64,000 nt of DNA from positions 5,332,001 to 5,396,000 of the forward strand of contig CATNEN010000025.1 in NCBI GenBank assembly GCA_950097015.1, read 5' to 3'. The DNA comes from Macrostomum hystrix (Eukaryota; Animalia; Platyhelminthes). The translations under genes and the position numbers were made by a program. Positions 12,904 to 24,517 of this stretch are shown here, in pieces; the first letter of the stretch is position 1; each line of letters begins with the position of its first letter. Below the pieces are notes generated by a model that was not told where the DNA came from, did no database searches, and saw only the letters and a list, made by a program, of their open reading frames with translations.

Positions 12904-13122
12904 CTCGCGCTGCCAAGCCAGCTGTAGGCCAGTGCTCGAATCTGCTGACTCAAATGAGAAGCCGCCACCGCGCAGGACAATGCGAAATACAAAGTCCGTG
13001 TTGACCTCGCCATTGTTGAGTTCATCTTCGGCAAGGGCGTCGGCAACATCGGAATTCGGCAGACCGCTGCCAACCGGGATGATCTTTGAGCTGGTAGCCA
13101 GGAGACCGGCTAGAAAGCTGTC
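12904..13122 (-). CDS. SGSM1: SGSM1/2-like exon 7
   Basis: Contains TDFVFRIV (SGSM TDYVFRII); phase 0/0; donor position less certain. Confidence 0.8.
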
Positions 13123-13143
13123 CTGCAAATGCGAAGGTATAGG

Positions 13144-13789
13144 GATCTGGATCTGGATCTGAGGATCTGGGATCTGGGATCTGAGGATCTGGGATCTGAG
13201 GATCTGGGATCTGAGGATCTGGGATCTGAGGATCTGGGATCTGAGGATCTGGGATCTGAGGATCTGGGATCTGAGGATCTGGGATCTGAGGATCTGGGAT
13301 CTGAGGATCTGGGATCTGAGGATCTGGGATCTGAGGATCTGGGATCTGAGGATCTAGGATCTGGGATCTGAGGATCTGGGATCTGAGGATCTGGGATCTG
13401 AGGATCTGGGATCTGAGGATCTGGGATCTGAGGATCTGGGATCTGAGGATCTGGGATCTGAGGATCTGGGATCTGAGGATCTGGGATCTGAGGATCTGGG
13501 ATCTGAGGATCTGGGATCTGAGGATCTAGGATCTGGGATCTGAGGATCTGGGATCTGAGGATCTGGGATCTGAGGATCTGGGATCTGAGGATCTGGGATC
13601 TGAGGATCTGGGATCTGAGGATCTGGGATCTGAGGACCTGGGATCTGAGGATCTGGGATCTGAGGATCTGGGATCTGAGGATCTGGGATCTGAGGATCTG
13701 GGATCTGAGGATCTGGGATCTGAGGATCTGGGATCTGAGGATCTGGGATCTGAGGATCTGGGATCTGAGGATCTGGGATCTGAGGATCT
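13144..13789. repeat. 15-bp minisatellite GATCTGGGATCTGAG (SGSM intron 6)
   Basis: About 42 near-perfect units filling almost the whole intron. Confidence 0.97.
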
Positions 13790-13792
13790 TAC

Positions 13793-14111
13793 CGCAAACA
13801 GACTCTTTCGCTTGCTCCCTTGCCGATCTTGGGGAGCCTTTCGACCCCGCTGGGTCCACAGTGGAGGGTCCAGCCAGCCGGTGGGGGCGAGTCCGTTTTC
13901 CAGGCTCGTCAGGAACTGCAGCAGGTGGCCTCCGCCGCCGGCCGTTGGGAAGTGTAACGGCGGCTGTTGGGTGCCGTCGCGGGCCACGAAGACGAGCGAG
14001 CCGCCGCCACCTCCGCCGCCGCCGCCCTCAGCCTGACCGGTGTGGCAGTGAATGTGCACCATTTCCTCCACCTGGATGACGAAGGCTGCGTCCGAGCTGC
14101 TCGAGCGACTG
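13793..14111 (-). CDS. SGSM1: SGSM1/2-like exon 6 (PH-like region)
   Basis: HIHCH...[18 protein letters not shown]...[29 protein letters not shown]; |gtaaga donor. Confidence 0.92.
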
Positions 14112-14279
14112 CTGTGGATTTTTTTACAGCGGAATCGAGTTTTGAGTCATGTGATATTTTAGTCAGGACTAATTTAGTACTCGTAATTAGCACTAGATTC
14201 TATGGTCATAACTAATGACTGAATAGCTGAGAATTTTGATGACTCATGGACTCAAAGTTCACAAGGATTCGCAATAACC

Positions 14280-14392
14280 TAAAGTATACTCAATGACACA
14301 AAGTGTACTCAATTACTCAAGTTTACTCAATGACACAAGTATACTCAATGACACAAGTATACTCAATGACACAAAGTGTACTCAATGACACA
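14280..14392. repeat. Short ~18-bp repeat (AAGTATACTCAATGACAC) in SGSM intron 5
   Basis: About 6 imperfect units. Confidence 0.8.
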
Positions 14393-14431
14393 ATCGTTCG
14401 CTCTACTTCCAGAGCTCATTTCAGAGCTCAC

Positions 14432-14669
14432 ATCTCGGCAGAGTCGGGCCTGATCTGTTCGTTAAAGCCAGACTCCAGTTCCGATGGCGAAGAGCTTGAG
14501 TCGTCGCCGCCGGTGCCTGTAGCCGGAGAGGCCAAAGTTTCGTCGGCCATAGAGGACGGACTGGGCGGTGGCGTGGAGCCATCAGCGCTGACTTCGCCGC
14601 CGCCGCAGCCGCCGCCGCTGCCGCCGCCGCCAAGCATGATTGAATTTGGCGTCCATTTCACTACGAGAC
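14432..14669 (-). CDS. SGSM1: SGSM1/2-like exon 5
   Basis: GLVVKWTPNSIM (SGSM LTLKWTPNQLM); phases 1/2 match neighbours. Confidence 0.85.
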
Positions 14670-14838
14670 CTGATCGTGAGAATTTCGCTCCTTTGTTTGA
14701 AAATTTGCGCGATTGAAACTGATTTAAAAAATGCTAAAAAAATTGTTGCTGCAATTATTGTTCACTTTCTGTACAACTTTTATCCAGTGAATACTCATGT
14801 CATGTCATGTCAGCAGGTCACTAGGGAAGCATCCTTAC

Positions 14839-15031
14839 CTGTCTGGGTAGAATGCAGTGACAGGTAGCCGGGGCTGGCAGATCCCTGAGACGCAGCCTGG
14901 GACACTACTCCGTTCTTTCCGTACAGCAAAGCTGCCGTCGATAGATCCGTCTGGACTGTCATCGCCGACGAAGAGCCGGCTGCCCAAAGGTCGGCCCCGC
15001 CTAGACCGCCGCCGTAGAAGTGTCGGAGGAC
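14839..15031 (-). CDS. SGSM1: SGSM1/2-like exon 4
   Basis: LLYGKNGV...PGYLSLH motifs; |gtaagg donor. Confidence 0.88.
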
Positions 15032-15164
15032 CTGCGAGAGGTTGGTCGTTAGATTTTTGAGATCACCAGTCTGGGAATGAATTTGATAATGCGGGCGTGG
15101 CAACTGAGAAAAGTGCTGTGTGTGTACAGTTTATTGTATGCAGTCAGTGATGTACAGTCTAGGG

Positions 15165-17125
15165 GTATGCAGTTTAGGGTGAGCAGTTTAGAATGAGCAG
15201 TTTAGGGTGAGCAGTTTAGGGTGAGCAGTTTAGAATGAGCAGTTTAGAATGAGCAGTTTAGGATGAGCAGTTTAGAATGAGCAGTTTAGGGTGAGCAGTT
15301 TAGGGTGAGCAGTTAAGGATGAGCAGTTTAGGGTGAGCAGTTTAGAATGAGCAGTTTAGGGTGAGCAGTTTAGGATGAGCAGTTTAGAATGAGCAGTTTA
15401 GGATGAGCAGTTTAGAATGAGCAGTTTAGAATGAGCAGTTTAGGGTGAGCAGTTTAGGGTGAGCAGTTTAGAATGAGCAGTTTAGGGTGAGCAGTTTAGG
15501 GTGAGCAGTTTAGGGTGAGCAGTTTAGGGTGAGCAGTTTATGGTGAGCAGTTTAGAATGAGCAGTTTAGGATGAGCAGTTTAGGGTGAGCAGTTTAGAAT
15601 GAGCAGTTTAGGATGAGCAGTTTAGAATGAGCAGTTTAGAATGAGCAGTTTAGGGTGAGCAGTTTAGGGTGAGCAGTTTAGAATGAGCAGTTTAGAATGA
15701 GCAGTTTAGAATGAGCAGTTTAGGGTGAGCAGTTTAGAATGAGCAGTTTAGGGTGAGCAGTTTAGGGTGAGCAGTTTAGGATGAGCAGTTTAGAATGAGC
15801 AGTTTAGGATGAGCAGTTTAGAATGAGCAGTTTAGGGTGAGCAGTTTAGGGTGAGCAGTTAAGGATGAGCAGTTTAGGGTGAGCAGTTTAGAATGAGCAG
15901 TTTAGGGTGAGCAGTTTAGGATGAGCAGTTTAGAATGAGCAGTTTAGGATGAGCAGTTTAGAATGAGCAGTTTAGGGTGAGCAGTTTAGGATGAGCAGTT
16001 TAGAATGAGCAGTTTAGGATGAGCAGTTTAGAATGAGCAGTTTAGAATGAGCAGTTTAGGGTGAGCAGTTTAGGGTGAGCAGTTTAGAATGAGCAGTTTA
16101 GAATGAGCAGTTTAGAATGAGCAGTTTAGGGTGAGCAGTTTAGAATGAGCAGTTTAGGGTGAGCAGTTTAGGGTGAGCAGTTTAGGATGAGCAGTTTAGA
16201 ATGAGCAGTTTAGGATGAGCAGTTTAGAATGAGCAGTTTAGGGTGAGCAGTTTAGGGTGAGCAGTTAAGGATGAGCAGTTTAGGGTGAGCAGTTTAGAAT
16301 GAGCAGTTTAGGGTGAGCAGTTTAGGATGAGCAGTTTAGAATGAGCAGTTTAGGATGAGCAGTTTAGAATGAGCAGTTTAGAATGAGCAGTTTAGGGTGA
16401 GCAGTTTAGGGTGAGCAGTTTAGAATGAGCAGTTTAGGGTGAGCAGTTTAGGGTGAGCAGTTTAGGGTGAGCAGTTTAGGGTGAGCAGTTTATGGTGAGC
16501 AGTTTAGAATGAGCAGTTTAGGATGAGCAGTTTAGGGTGAGCAGTTTAGAATGAGCAGTTTAGGGTGAGCAGTTTAGAATGAGCAGTTTAGGATGAGCAG
16601 TTTAGGGTGAGCAGTTTAGGATGAGCAGTTTAGAATGAGCAGTTTAGGGTGAGCAGTTTAGGGTGAGCAGTTTAGAATGAGCAGTTTAGAATGAGCAGTT
16701 TAGGATGAGCAGTTTAGAATGAGCAGTTTAGGATGAGCAGTTTAGAATGAGCAGTTTAGGGTGAGCAGTTTAGGGTGAGAAGTTAAGGATGAGCAGTTTA
16801 GGGTGAGCAGTTTAGAATGAGCAGTTTAGGGTGAGCAGTTTAGGGTGAGCAGTTTAGGGTGAGCAGTTTAGGGTGAGCAGTTTAGAATGAGCAGTTTAGG
16901 ATGAGCAGTTTGGAATGAGCAGTTTAGGGTGAGCAGTTTAGAGTGAGCAGTTTAGAATGAGCAGTTTAGAATGAGCAGTTTAGGATGAGCAGTTTAGAAT
17001 GAGCAGTTTAGGGTGAGCAGTTTAGGATGAGCAGTTTAGGGTGAGCAGTTTAGGATGAGCAGTTTAGAATGAGCAGTTTAGAATGAGCAGTTTAGAGTGA
17101 GCAGTTTAGGGTGAGCAGTTTATGG
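15165..17125. repeat. 14-bp minisatellite GAGCAGTTTAG(GGT/AAT/GAT) (SGSM intron 3)
   Basis: About 140 units with three main variants. Confidence 0.97.
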
Positions 17126-17234
17126 TATATTTGTATTTTTATATTCCCTCGAGTATATTCAGTAGAGTCTAGGGTGTACAAGTTATGATGTAAAGTCAAG
17201 GATTACAGTTTAGGGTGTACAGTTTACTGTGCAC

Positions 17235-17310
17235 AATGGGTACCAGAATTTTCTGGGGTAAAAATTGGTTGGTTTTGTTGCCTCCCCAGTCCGTGGACTG
17301 GAAAACAGTA
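17235..17310 (+). mobile_element. CORE-SINE family 2 fragment
   Basis: AATGGGTACCAG...CTGGGGTAA...CCCCAGTCCGTGGACTG. Confidence 0.55.
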
Positions 17311-18184
17311 CAAAGGCTTTTTAATTCGCCATGTAATACCCAAGTGAGTGATTTATTTACAATAGTGAATTCAGTCTAGTATGTACTCAGACATTCTGTG
17401 AAAATTCTGTCGCTTTAAGGATGACCAAATCCCGCGTTAATTTGTGCATCTTAATGCTAACCCATCATTTTCTATTTTTAAAGTCTCCCTTGGACAAAAT
17501 AAAATATAATCAACAACAAAACATTATACAAATAAATAGTCGGCGCCACTTTACCTCAATATCCTATTAATGGATTTATTTATCAGTCGCGCGTGCCACT
17601 GTGTCGACTTGATTGTGGTCTGGAACTGTTCCGGAAGCTGTCCCTAGCGACCGATTTCCTCAGTCGGCTCAGCGTCCCAGGGAGGGAGGGCTGGTAACGA
17701 GAGAAGCTGTGAGCAAACCCTTGCCGTCTCTCTCCTTATCCCTCCTGCTGCAGATTCGCTTAATCTTCTTTATTTCTCTGCCAGCCTCTGATAGTCTCGA
17801 GGTCAAGTAATTGGACTTGGTCTCGCCCGGGCCTGTCAGGACCTCCTCACTGTCGCCCTCCATTCGATCCCTCGCCTTTCTTGTAATATTATATCAATTC
17901 AACAATATTTTTCTTCGCCTTTAAGTACAGCTACCGAATCATTTTCCTGATTGATGGCTTGCATGCCGAAGTTCTTAATTTGGGTTTCAAAATGAAAATC
18001 ACCATTTTCTAACGATACTTTCTCTGTCGTCTTTTTAAGTTAATTGACTTTATTAGTACATTGGGCAAATACCGTCAGTAATAATTTTAGCGTTTTATAA
18101 ATCCATTTTATATTTTCCCCTTTGTACATTGTATCGGGAATTAATTTTGCTCCTATTTCAGTGGGAAAAAAATATTTTTTTAAT

Positions 18185-18500
18185 TGCAGGAAGGCTGCGG
18201 GCAATGGCACATTATTTGGTGACACTAGACCCGCAGCCAGCGAGGAAGCAGTTCTGCCCATTCCGCTGACTCCTGAGCACACACGCACACAGATACTGTA
18301 CCAGGCATACGCTCACACAGGTGTGTACATCTGCCCTGACTTTCTCATCGTCAGGCAGTGTACATTTCACTGTGCCTTGGAGGTTGGCCCTCAAGGGCGT
18401 TAATTGCACGACAAGCCACCAAGCCTTCTCTCCGCGGCTGCGCCCCAAATGAATGTGTCCTCGCCGCAGAATCGAGCTGACGGACCTTGGCAGATTGTCA
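18185..18500 (-). mobile_element. SINE family 1, copy B (5' head damaged)
   Basis: Reverse complement aligns with 7790-8079. Confidence 0.85.
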
Positions 18501-18941
18501 GGAGTATCTCCCATGTTATTTCAGGGAAATCCCTTTTTATCGATCTCTGTTTTTGATAAATATCCTTTCGATTAATCAAGCTTTAGAAGAATTCTCTAAT
18601 GTATTGATCGTTTAGTGTTTTGAAACCGTATTTTTCATAGATTTTTTGGGGAATACCAATTTAATTTGTATAGTTTTCTGTGCATTCCTGGAAATCCTTT
18701 CATGCGGTAACTTTCTGGATTTCTTTTGCCTTCAAATCATTTCAGGAAAACAATTTTCTTGTTTTCGATATATCTCGTACTCGTATTTTTATCTGGGGAA
18801 TCCCCTTTTGTATCGATCTGATTTTGTGGGAAATCCTCTTAGCATCTATCACGGTGAATGTTGGGAATCCCCCTCGCAACAATTCAAGAGCTTTGAGATT
18901 CCCCTCCCACTAGGCAACAAAAAAATTCCAAGAGTACAAAC

Positions 18942-19096
18942 TCGGAGTGACGTCGTCCTGTTTGTCCGTGGCGAACCCGGTGAGCTTTTCATTGGCGACG
19001 CAACCAGGTGTCGCTGCAGCAGCTCCTCGGTGCTCCGCTCCTTGAACGCGTAGCTCATCGACTTCGCCTTTGTATAGTCCAGAGCGCAAGGCCCAA
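18942..19096 (-). CDS. SGSM1: SGSM1/2-like exon 3
   Basis: VGPCALDYTKAKS...STEELLQRH, the end of the RUN domain; donor |gtttgt is weaker. Confidence 0.88.
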
Positions 19097-19214
19097 CTGT
19101 GGCGCGAGGCGAGTTGGGATTAGGGATTTATAATGGGATTTGAGGTTTGGAATCTTCAACTGTGGGATTCGAGATTTGAGATGGGATTTGAGGTTTTTGG
19201 GAATTTTAGACGGA

Positions 19215-19475
19215 AGAGTGGGATTTGAGATTTAGGAGAGGGATTTGAGATTGAGGAGAGGGATTTGAGATTGAGGAGAGGGATTTGAGATTTAGGAGAG
19301 GGATGTGAGATTTAGGAGAGGGATGTGAGATTTAGGAGAGGGATGTGAGATTTAGAAGAGGGATTTAAGATTTAGGAGAGGGATTTGAGATTTAGGAGAG
19401 GGATTTGAGATTTAGGAGAGCGACTTAAAATCTGTGAGTGGGATTTGAGATTTAGGAGAGGAATTTGAGATCTAT
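19215..19475. repeat. 20-bp minisatellite GGGATTTGAGATTTAGGAGA (SGSM intron 2)
   Basis: About 12 units. Confidence 0.9.
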
Positions 19476-19581
19476 GAGAGGGATTCATTATTTTATTGTG
19501 GGAATTGAGATTTATGGATGGCATCTTTTATTTATGAGTGGGGTTTGAGATTGAATATTTTAGAATCGAGGCCTTACTTAC

Positions 19582-19932
19582 CCAGGAGCGAAGCCAGCAG
19601 AGGTCCATCGCATGGATCAGCAACAATGCTCTCAGTCTCGTAGTAAAGTCTAGACTGCTCAACCAGGTGCTCAACAATCTTGGCCAACCGCTTCTCCAGC
19701 AGGGCCACCCGGATCCACTGGTACTTCGGCAGGCTGGGCGTCGTTGCTCGCCTCTGATTGGCCGACGCCACGCTGTTGGCGATGTCTACGGCCAAACGGT
19801 CGGTCACGTGTTTAGCCGGCTGGAACGACTTGGCGACGCGGTGCAAGAGGGCCAGGGTGCTGTTCTCTTGAAATACGCCCGGCAGCAGGCTCTGCCGCTT
19901 CAGGCCGTACAGGAGGCAGCTCTCGACTCCGG
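19582..19932 (-). CDS. SGSM1: SGSM1/2-like exon 2 (RUN domain)
   Basis: VESCLLYGLKR...WIRVALLEKRLAKIVEHL...YYETESIVADPCDGPLLASLL; 351 nt, phase 1/1. Confidence 0.93.
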
Positions 19933-20227
19933 CTTGAATGAATCGGAGGTTTGCGATTGGTCATTGCACTGAAGGATTGGTGAAAGGGGGTAATAACCGA
20001 CTCTGAAGGATGGGTGGAGAATGAGTAATTTACCCTGATGGATGGGTGGTTGGGGCAATAGACGAATCTGAAGGATGTTTGGGAGGGGGTAATAATCATC
20101 CTTGAAGGATGAGCGGAAGGGATATTAACCCACCCTGAAGGATGGGTGGAAGGGATAATGCCCGACCCTGAAGGATGGGTGGAAGGGGGGTAATAATCCA
20201 CCCTGAAGGATAAGTAACTGAGGTTAA

Positions 20228-21985
20228 CGTCTCAGAAGATTCAGGCTGACATCTCAGAAGATTCAGGCTGACGTCTCAGAAGATTCAGGCTAACCCCTCA
20301 GAAGATTCAGGCAAACCCCCCAGAAGATTCAGGCAAACCCCCAGAAGATTCAGGCTGACGTCTCAGAAGATTCAGGCAAACCCCCCAGAAGATTCAGGCT
20401 ACCCCCCAGAAGATTCAGGCAAACCCCCCAGAAGATTCAGGCAAACCCCCCAGAAGATTCAGGCAAACCCCCCAGAAGATTCAGGCAAACCCCCCGAAGA
20501 TTCAGGCTGACGTCTCAGAAGATTCAGGCTAACCCCTCAGAAGATTCAGGCTAACCCCTCAGAAGATTCAGGCTAACCCCTCAGAAGATTCAGGCTAACC
20601 CCTCAGAAGATTCAGGCTAACCCCTCAGAAGATTCAGGCTAACCCCTCAGAAGATTCAGGCTAACCCATCAGAAGATTCAGGCAAACCCCCCAGAAGATT
20701 CAGGCTAACCCCTCAGAAGATTCAGGCTAACCCCTCAGAAGATTCAGGCTAACCCCTCAGAAGATTCAGGCTAACCCCTCAGAAGATTCAGGCTAACCCC
20801 TCAGAAGATTCAGGCTAACCCCTCAGTAGATTCAGGCTAACCCCTCAGAAGATTCAGGCTAACCCCTCAGAAGATTCAGGCTAACCCCTCAGAAGATTCA
20901 GGCTAACCCCTCAGAAGATTCAGGCTAACCCATCAGAAGATTCAGGCAAACCCCCCAGAAGATTCAGGCTAACCCCTCAGAAGATTCAGGCTAACCCCTC
21001 AGAAGATTCAGGCTAACCCCTCAGAAGATTCAGGCTAACCCCTCAGAAGATTCAGGCTAACCCCTCAGAAGATTCAGGCTAACCCCTCAGAAGATTCAGG
21101 CTAACCCCTCAGAAGATTCAGGCTAACCCCTCAGTAGATTCAGGCTAACCCCTCAGAAGATTCAGGCTAACCCCTCAGAAGATTCAGGCTAACCCCTCAG
21201 AAGATTCAGGCTAACCCCTCAGAAGATTCAGGCTAACCCCTCAGTAGATTCAGGCTAACCCCTCAGAAGATTCAGGCTAACCCCTCAGAAGATTCAGGCT
21301 AACCCCTCAGAAGATTCAGGCTAACCCCTCAGAAGATTCAGGCTAACCCCTCAGAAGATTCAGGCTAACCCCTCAGAAGATTCAGGCAAACCCCCCAGAA
21401 GATTCAGGCAAACCCCTCAGAAGATTCAGGCTAACCCCCCCAGAAGATTCAGGCAAACCCCTCAGAAGATTCAGGCAAACCCCCCAGAAGATTCAGGCTA
21501 ACCCCCCAGAAGATTCAGGCTAACGTCTCAGAAGATTCAGGCTAACGTCTCAGAAGATTCAGGCTAACGTCTCAGAAGATTCAGGCTAACGTCTCAGAAG
21601 ATTCAGGCTAACGTCTCAGAAGATTCAGGCTAACGTCTCAGAAGATTCAGGCTAACGTCTCAGAAGATTCAGGCTAACGTCTCAGAAGATTCAGGCTAAC
21701 CCCTCAGAAGATTCAGGCTAACGTCTCAGAAGATTCAGGCTAACCCCTCAGAAGATTCAGGCTAACCCCTCAGAAGATTCAGGCTAACCCCTCAGAAGAT
21801 TCAGGCTAACCCATCAGAAGATTCAGGCAAACCCCCCAGAAGATTCAGGCTAACGTCTCAGAAGATTCAGGCTAACGTCTCAGAAGATTCAGGCTAACCC
21901 CTCAGAAGATTCAGGCTAACGTCTCAGAAGATTCAGGCTAACGTCTCAGAAGATTCAGGCTAACCCCTCAGAAGATTCAGGCTAA
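20228..21985. repeat. 22-bp minisatellite CAGAAGATTCAGGCTAACCCCT (SGSM intron 1)
   Basis: About 80 units; variants -CAAACCCCC and -CTAACGTCT occur in blocks. Confidence 0.97.
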
Positions 21986-22044
21986 TGTGACGGTGAAAAT
22001 AAACATTAAAATGTTCAACAGTCAAAGGCTGAAGCGACACTCAC

Positions 22045-22273
22045 AGCACAGCTGTGCGATCACCGCGCTCTCTTCGTGAATGAACTTCCTGGCGACCGAC
22101 TCCTCCATCAGCTGTTTGACTTCGCGTTTCACCTGGCACAGCAGGGCCTCGCGATTAGCTGCCCGGATTCCACCGGCGCCGTTGCCGACGTCGTCGTTGC
22201 TCAGAGGCGACGACTCGGCCCGATGAAATCGGTGAGCAGCCTGAGACACGAATTTCGGCAACAAATGCGACAT
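22045..22273 (-). CDS. SGSM1: SGSM1/2-like exon 1 (start codon)
   Basis: ATG at 22273; LLCQVKREVKQLMEESVARKFIHEES resembles the SGSM N-terminus; |gtgagt donor. Confidence 0.92.
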
Positions 22274-23257
22274 GCCTCCGCGACAATGACTCGAACAGAC
22301 TAGTCAAATTTATCTTCGAGTATTGCCACTGCCGCAGCCAATAATTAGTGTTAGCAGCTGTCTCCGTGTCAGCATTTGAGCATTCAATCAAACCGCTTTC
22401 ACAGATTTAAGCGTAGTCCAGATTTTGGCTCTGCAGTTATTTTTTACTGAAGCTCATTGCGGGGTTTGTCCGAATTGGCCTTAATCCTCTCCTAGGAGAT
22501 CCCAAAGCTAACCAGCCAATGGGGGGTTCCACAGTCAGTCTGCCGGATCCCATAACGGGACAGGGATAGAAAAACGACTGAGGCGGCTGGGGTCTTTGAG
22601 CACAATGTACGGGTCGGGCGGAGGGGAGAGATGGAAAGAAGGAATTCGTCCATTTGTGCTCAGACCTCTTTTGGGGAGATAGAGAATAACGAATAGAGAG
22701 ATATAGTGGACTAAAAGTACTCGCCTGAGTACGCGGAGAGTCGCACACCCACCCCTCCTTTCTCCCTCCCTTCCCATTTCTCGTCCCAGCCTCAAGCCCT
22801 CCCCCCCTATTCCAATAAGCAGCTTTTATTGGGAGTCGTGAAATAACTGGATGTACGAATATCATTTTGGCTTCACAGACCTGATGAGTACATCCTCATC
22901 CGAGCTCTATCTACTATGAATCTCAACGAATATTGCTCGCTTCTGTGAAATCATAATAAATTGTCAATTTTAGTCAACATTTTACAACCTAAACGACACC
23001 GCAACTCACATTTATGGGTTTTTGAAAAAATATGTTATCTTTTTTCATCCCCTTTTAAACAGCAGTTTAACAATTCATTCTTCTCCATGCTTTTTGCAAT
23101 CCAATTTTTGCCTGCTGACATGGAGAATAAAATTTATGGCAGCGAGCCAGACTTTGTTTGGCCACTTGCCGTAGTTTTTTTGCATAGCGCGTTTTACTTT
23201 TCTACTGTTAGTAGTAATTCTTGTCTTCTGCAGTTAGAAAAATATGTAAATTTGGTG

Positions 23258-23990
23258 GCAGAGGAGACAGAGGAGACAGAGGAGACAGAGGAGACAGAGG
23301 AGACAGAGGAGACAGAGGAGACAGAGGAGGCAGAGGAGGCAGAGGAGACAGAGAAGGCAGAGGAGACAGAGAAGGCAGAGGAGGCAGAGGAGACAGAGGA
23401 GACAGAGGAGACAGAGGAGACAGAGGAGACAGAGGAGACAGAGAAGGCAGAGGAGGCAGAGGAGACAGAGGAGACAGAGGAGACAGAGGAGACAGAGGAG
23501 ACAGAGGAGACAGGGGAGACAGAGAAGGCAGAGGAGACAGAGGAGACAGAGGAGACAGAGGAGACAGAGGAGACAGGGGAGACAGAGAAGGCAGAGGAGA
23601 CAGAGGAGACAGAGGAGACAGAGGAGACAGAGGAGACAGAGGAGACAGAGGAGACAGAGGAGACAGAGGAGACAGAGGAGACAGGGGAGACAGAGAAGGC
23701 AGAGGAGACAGAGGAGACAGAGGAGACAGAGGAGACAGAGGAGACAGAGGAGACAGAGGAGACGGAGAAGGCAGAGGAGACAGAGGAGACAGAGGAGACA
23801 GAGGAGACAGAGGAGACAGAGAAGGCAGAGGAGACAGAGGAGACAGAGGAGACAGAGAAGGCAGAGGAGACAGAGGAGACAGAGGAGACAGAGAAGGCAG
23901 AGGAGATAGAGGAGGCAGACGAGACAGAGGAGGCAGAGGAGACAGAATAGGCAAAGGAACAGAGGTGGAAGAGGAGACAGAGGAGGGAGC
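23258..23990. repeat. 9-bp purine-rich repeat GAGGAGACA / GAGAAGGCA
   Basis: About 75 units; produces stop-free EET / RGD / LSP frames. Confidence 0.92.
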
Positions 23991-24517
23991 GGACCCTGCC
24001 AGGTGAATAATAATTGGTTAATTGAACCAGTTACGCTGCACAGCAACCAGTTCCTACTCCTGGTCAGTGAGCAGTGGCATCTATACGGCACACACGATCT
24101 CATCCGCCGATCGGTTTCCGCCTGTCCCAACAATTTCCTTGTCACGCTAGATCAGCAGGAAATGATTGGCGCAGGGATAGAGCAGTAAAGTGTAGAAAAA
24201 ATACCTTAAATCCCCTCTGTGTGTGCGACCCGCCCACAGAGAGAAGTGAATCAGAAGGGTCTCGGTGTGCGATCAGACGGTGTCCTGCCAGTCACTCTGT
24301 CTCTAGCTCCCCCTCTCTCTCACTCGCCATCCCCTTCCGTCCGTCGCGATCCTCATCTGCCGTTTTCTCTCAATATACGAAGATAATATTCTCTCTACCT
24401 CCCTGCAGCAGCCGCCGCCCAGACAAAGCATATCTCTTCCCGTAGTAGTTTCAGCGGAGTCGTCAGACATTATTATGTTTGCGCAGCCTTGCAGGCCCGG
24501 GTGATAAATCTCAACTA

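Noticed and set aside
10485-13859. Repeat-derived ORFs (KSQIPQEIS, THSTSP, SEDLG/RSSDP)
   Set aside because: Intronic minisatellites bounded by good SGSM splice sites.
17669-17863. Alternative SGSM first exon (MEGDSEEV...)
   Set aside because: Short ORF with no homology signal and no clear in-phase donor; unsupported without transcripts.
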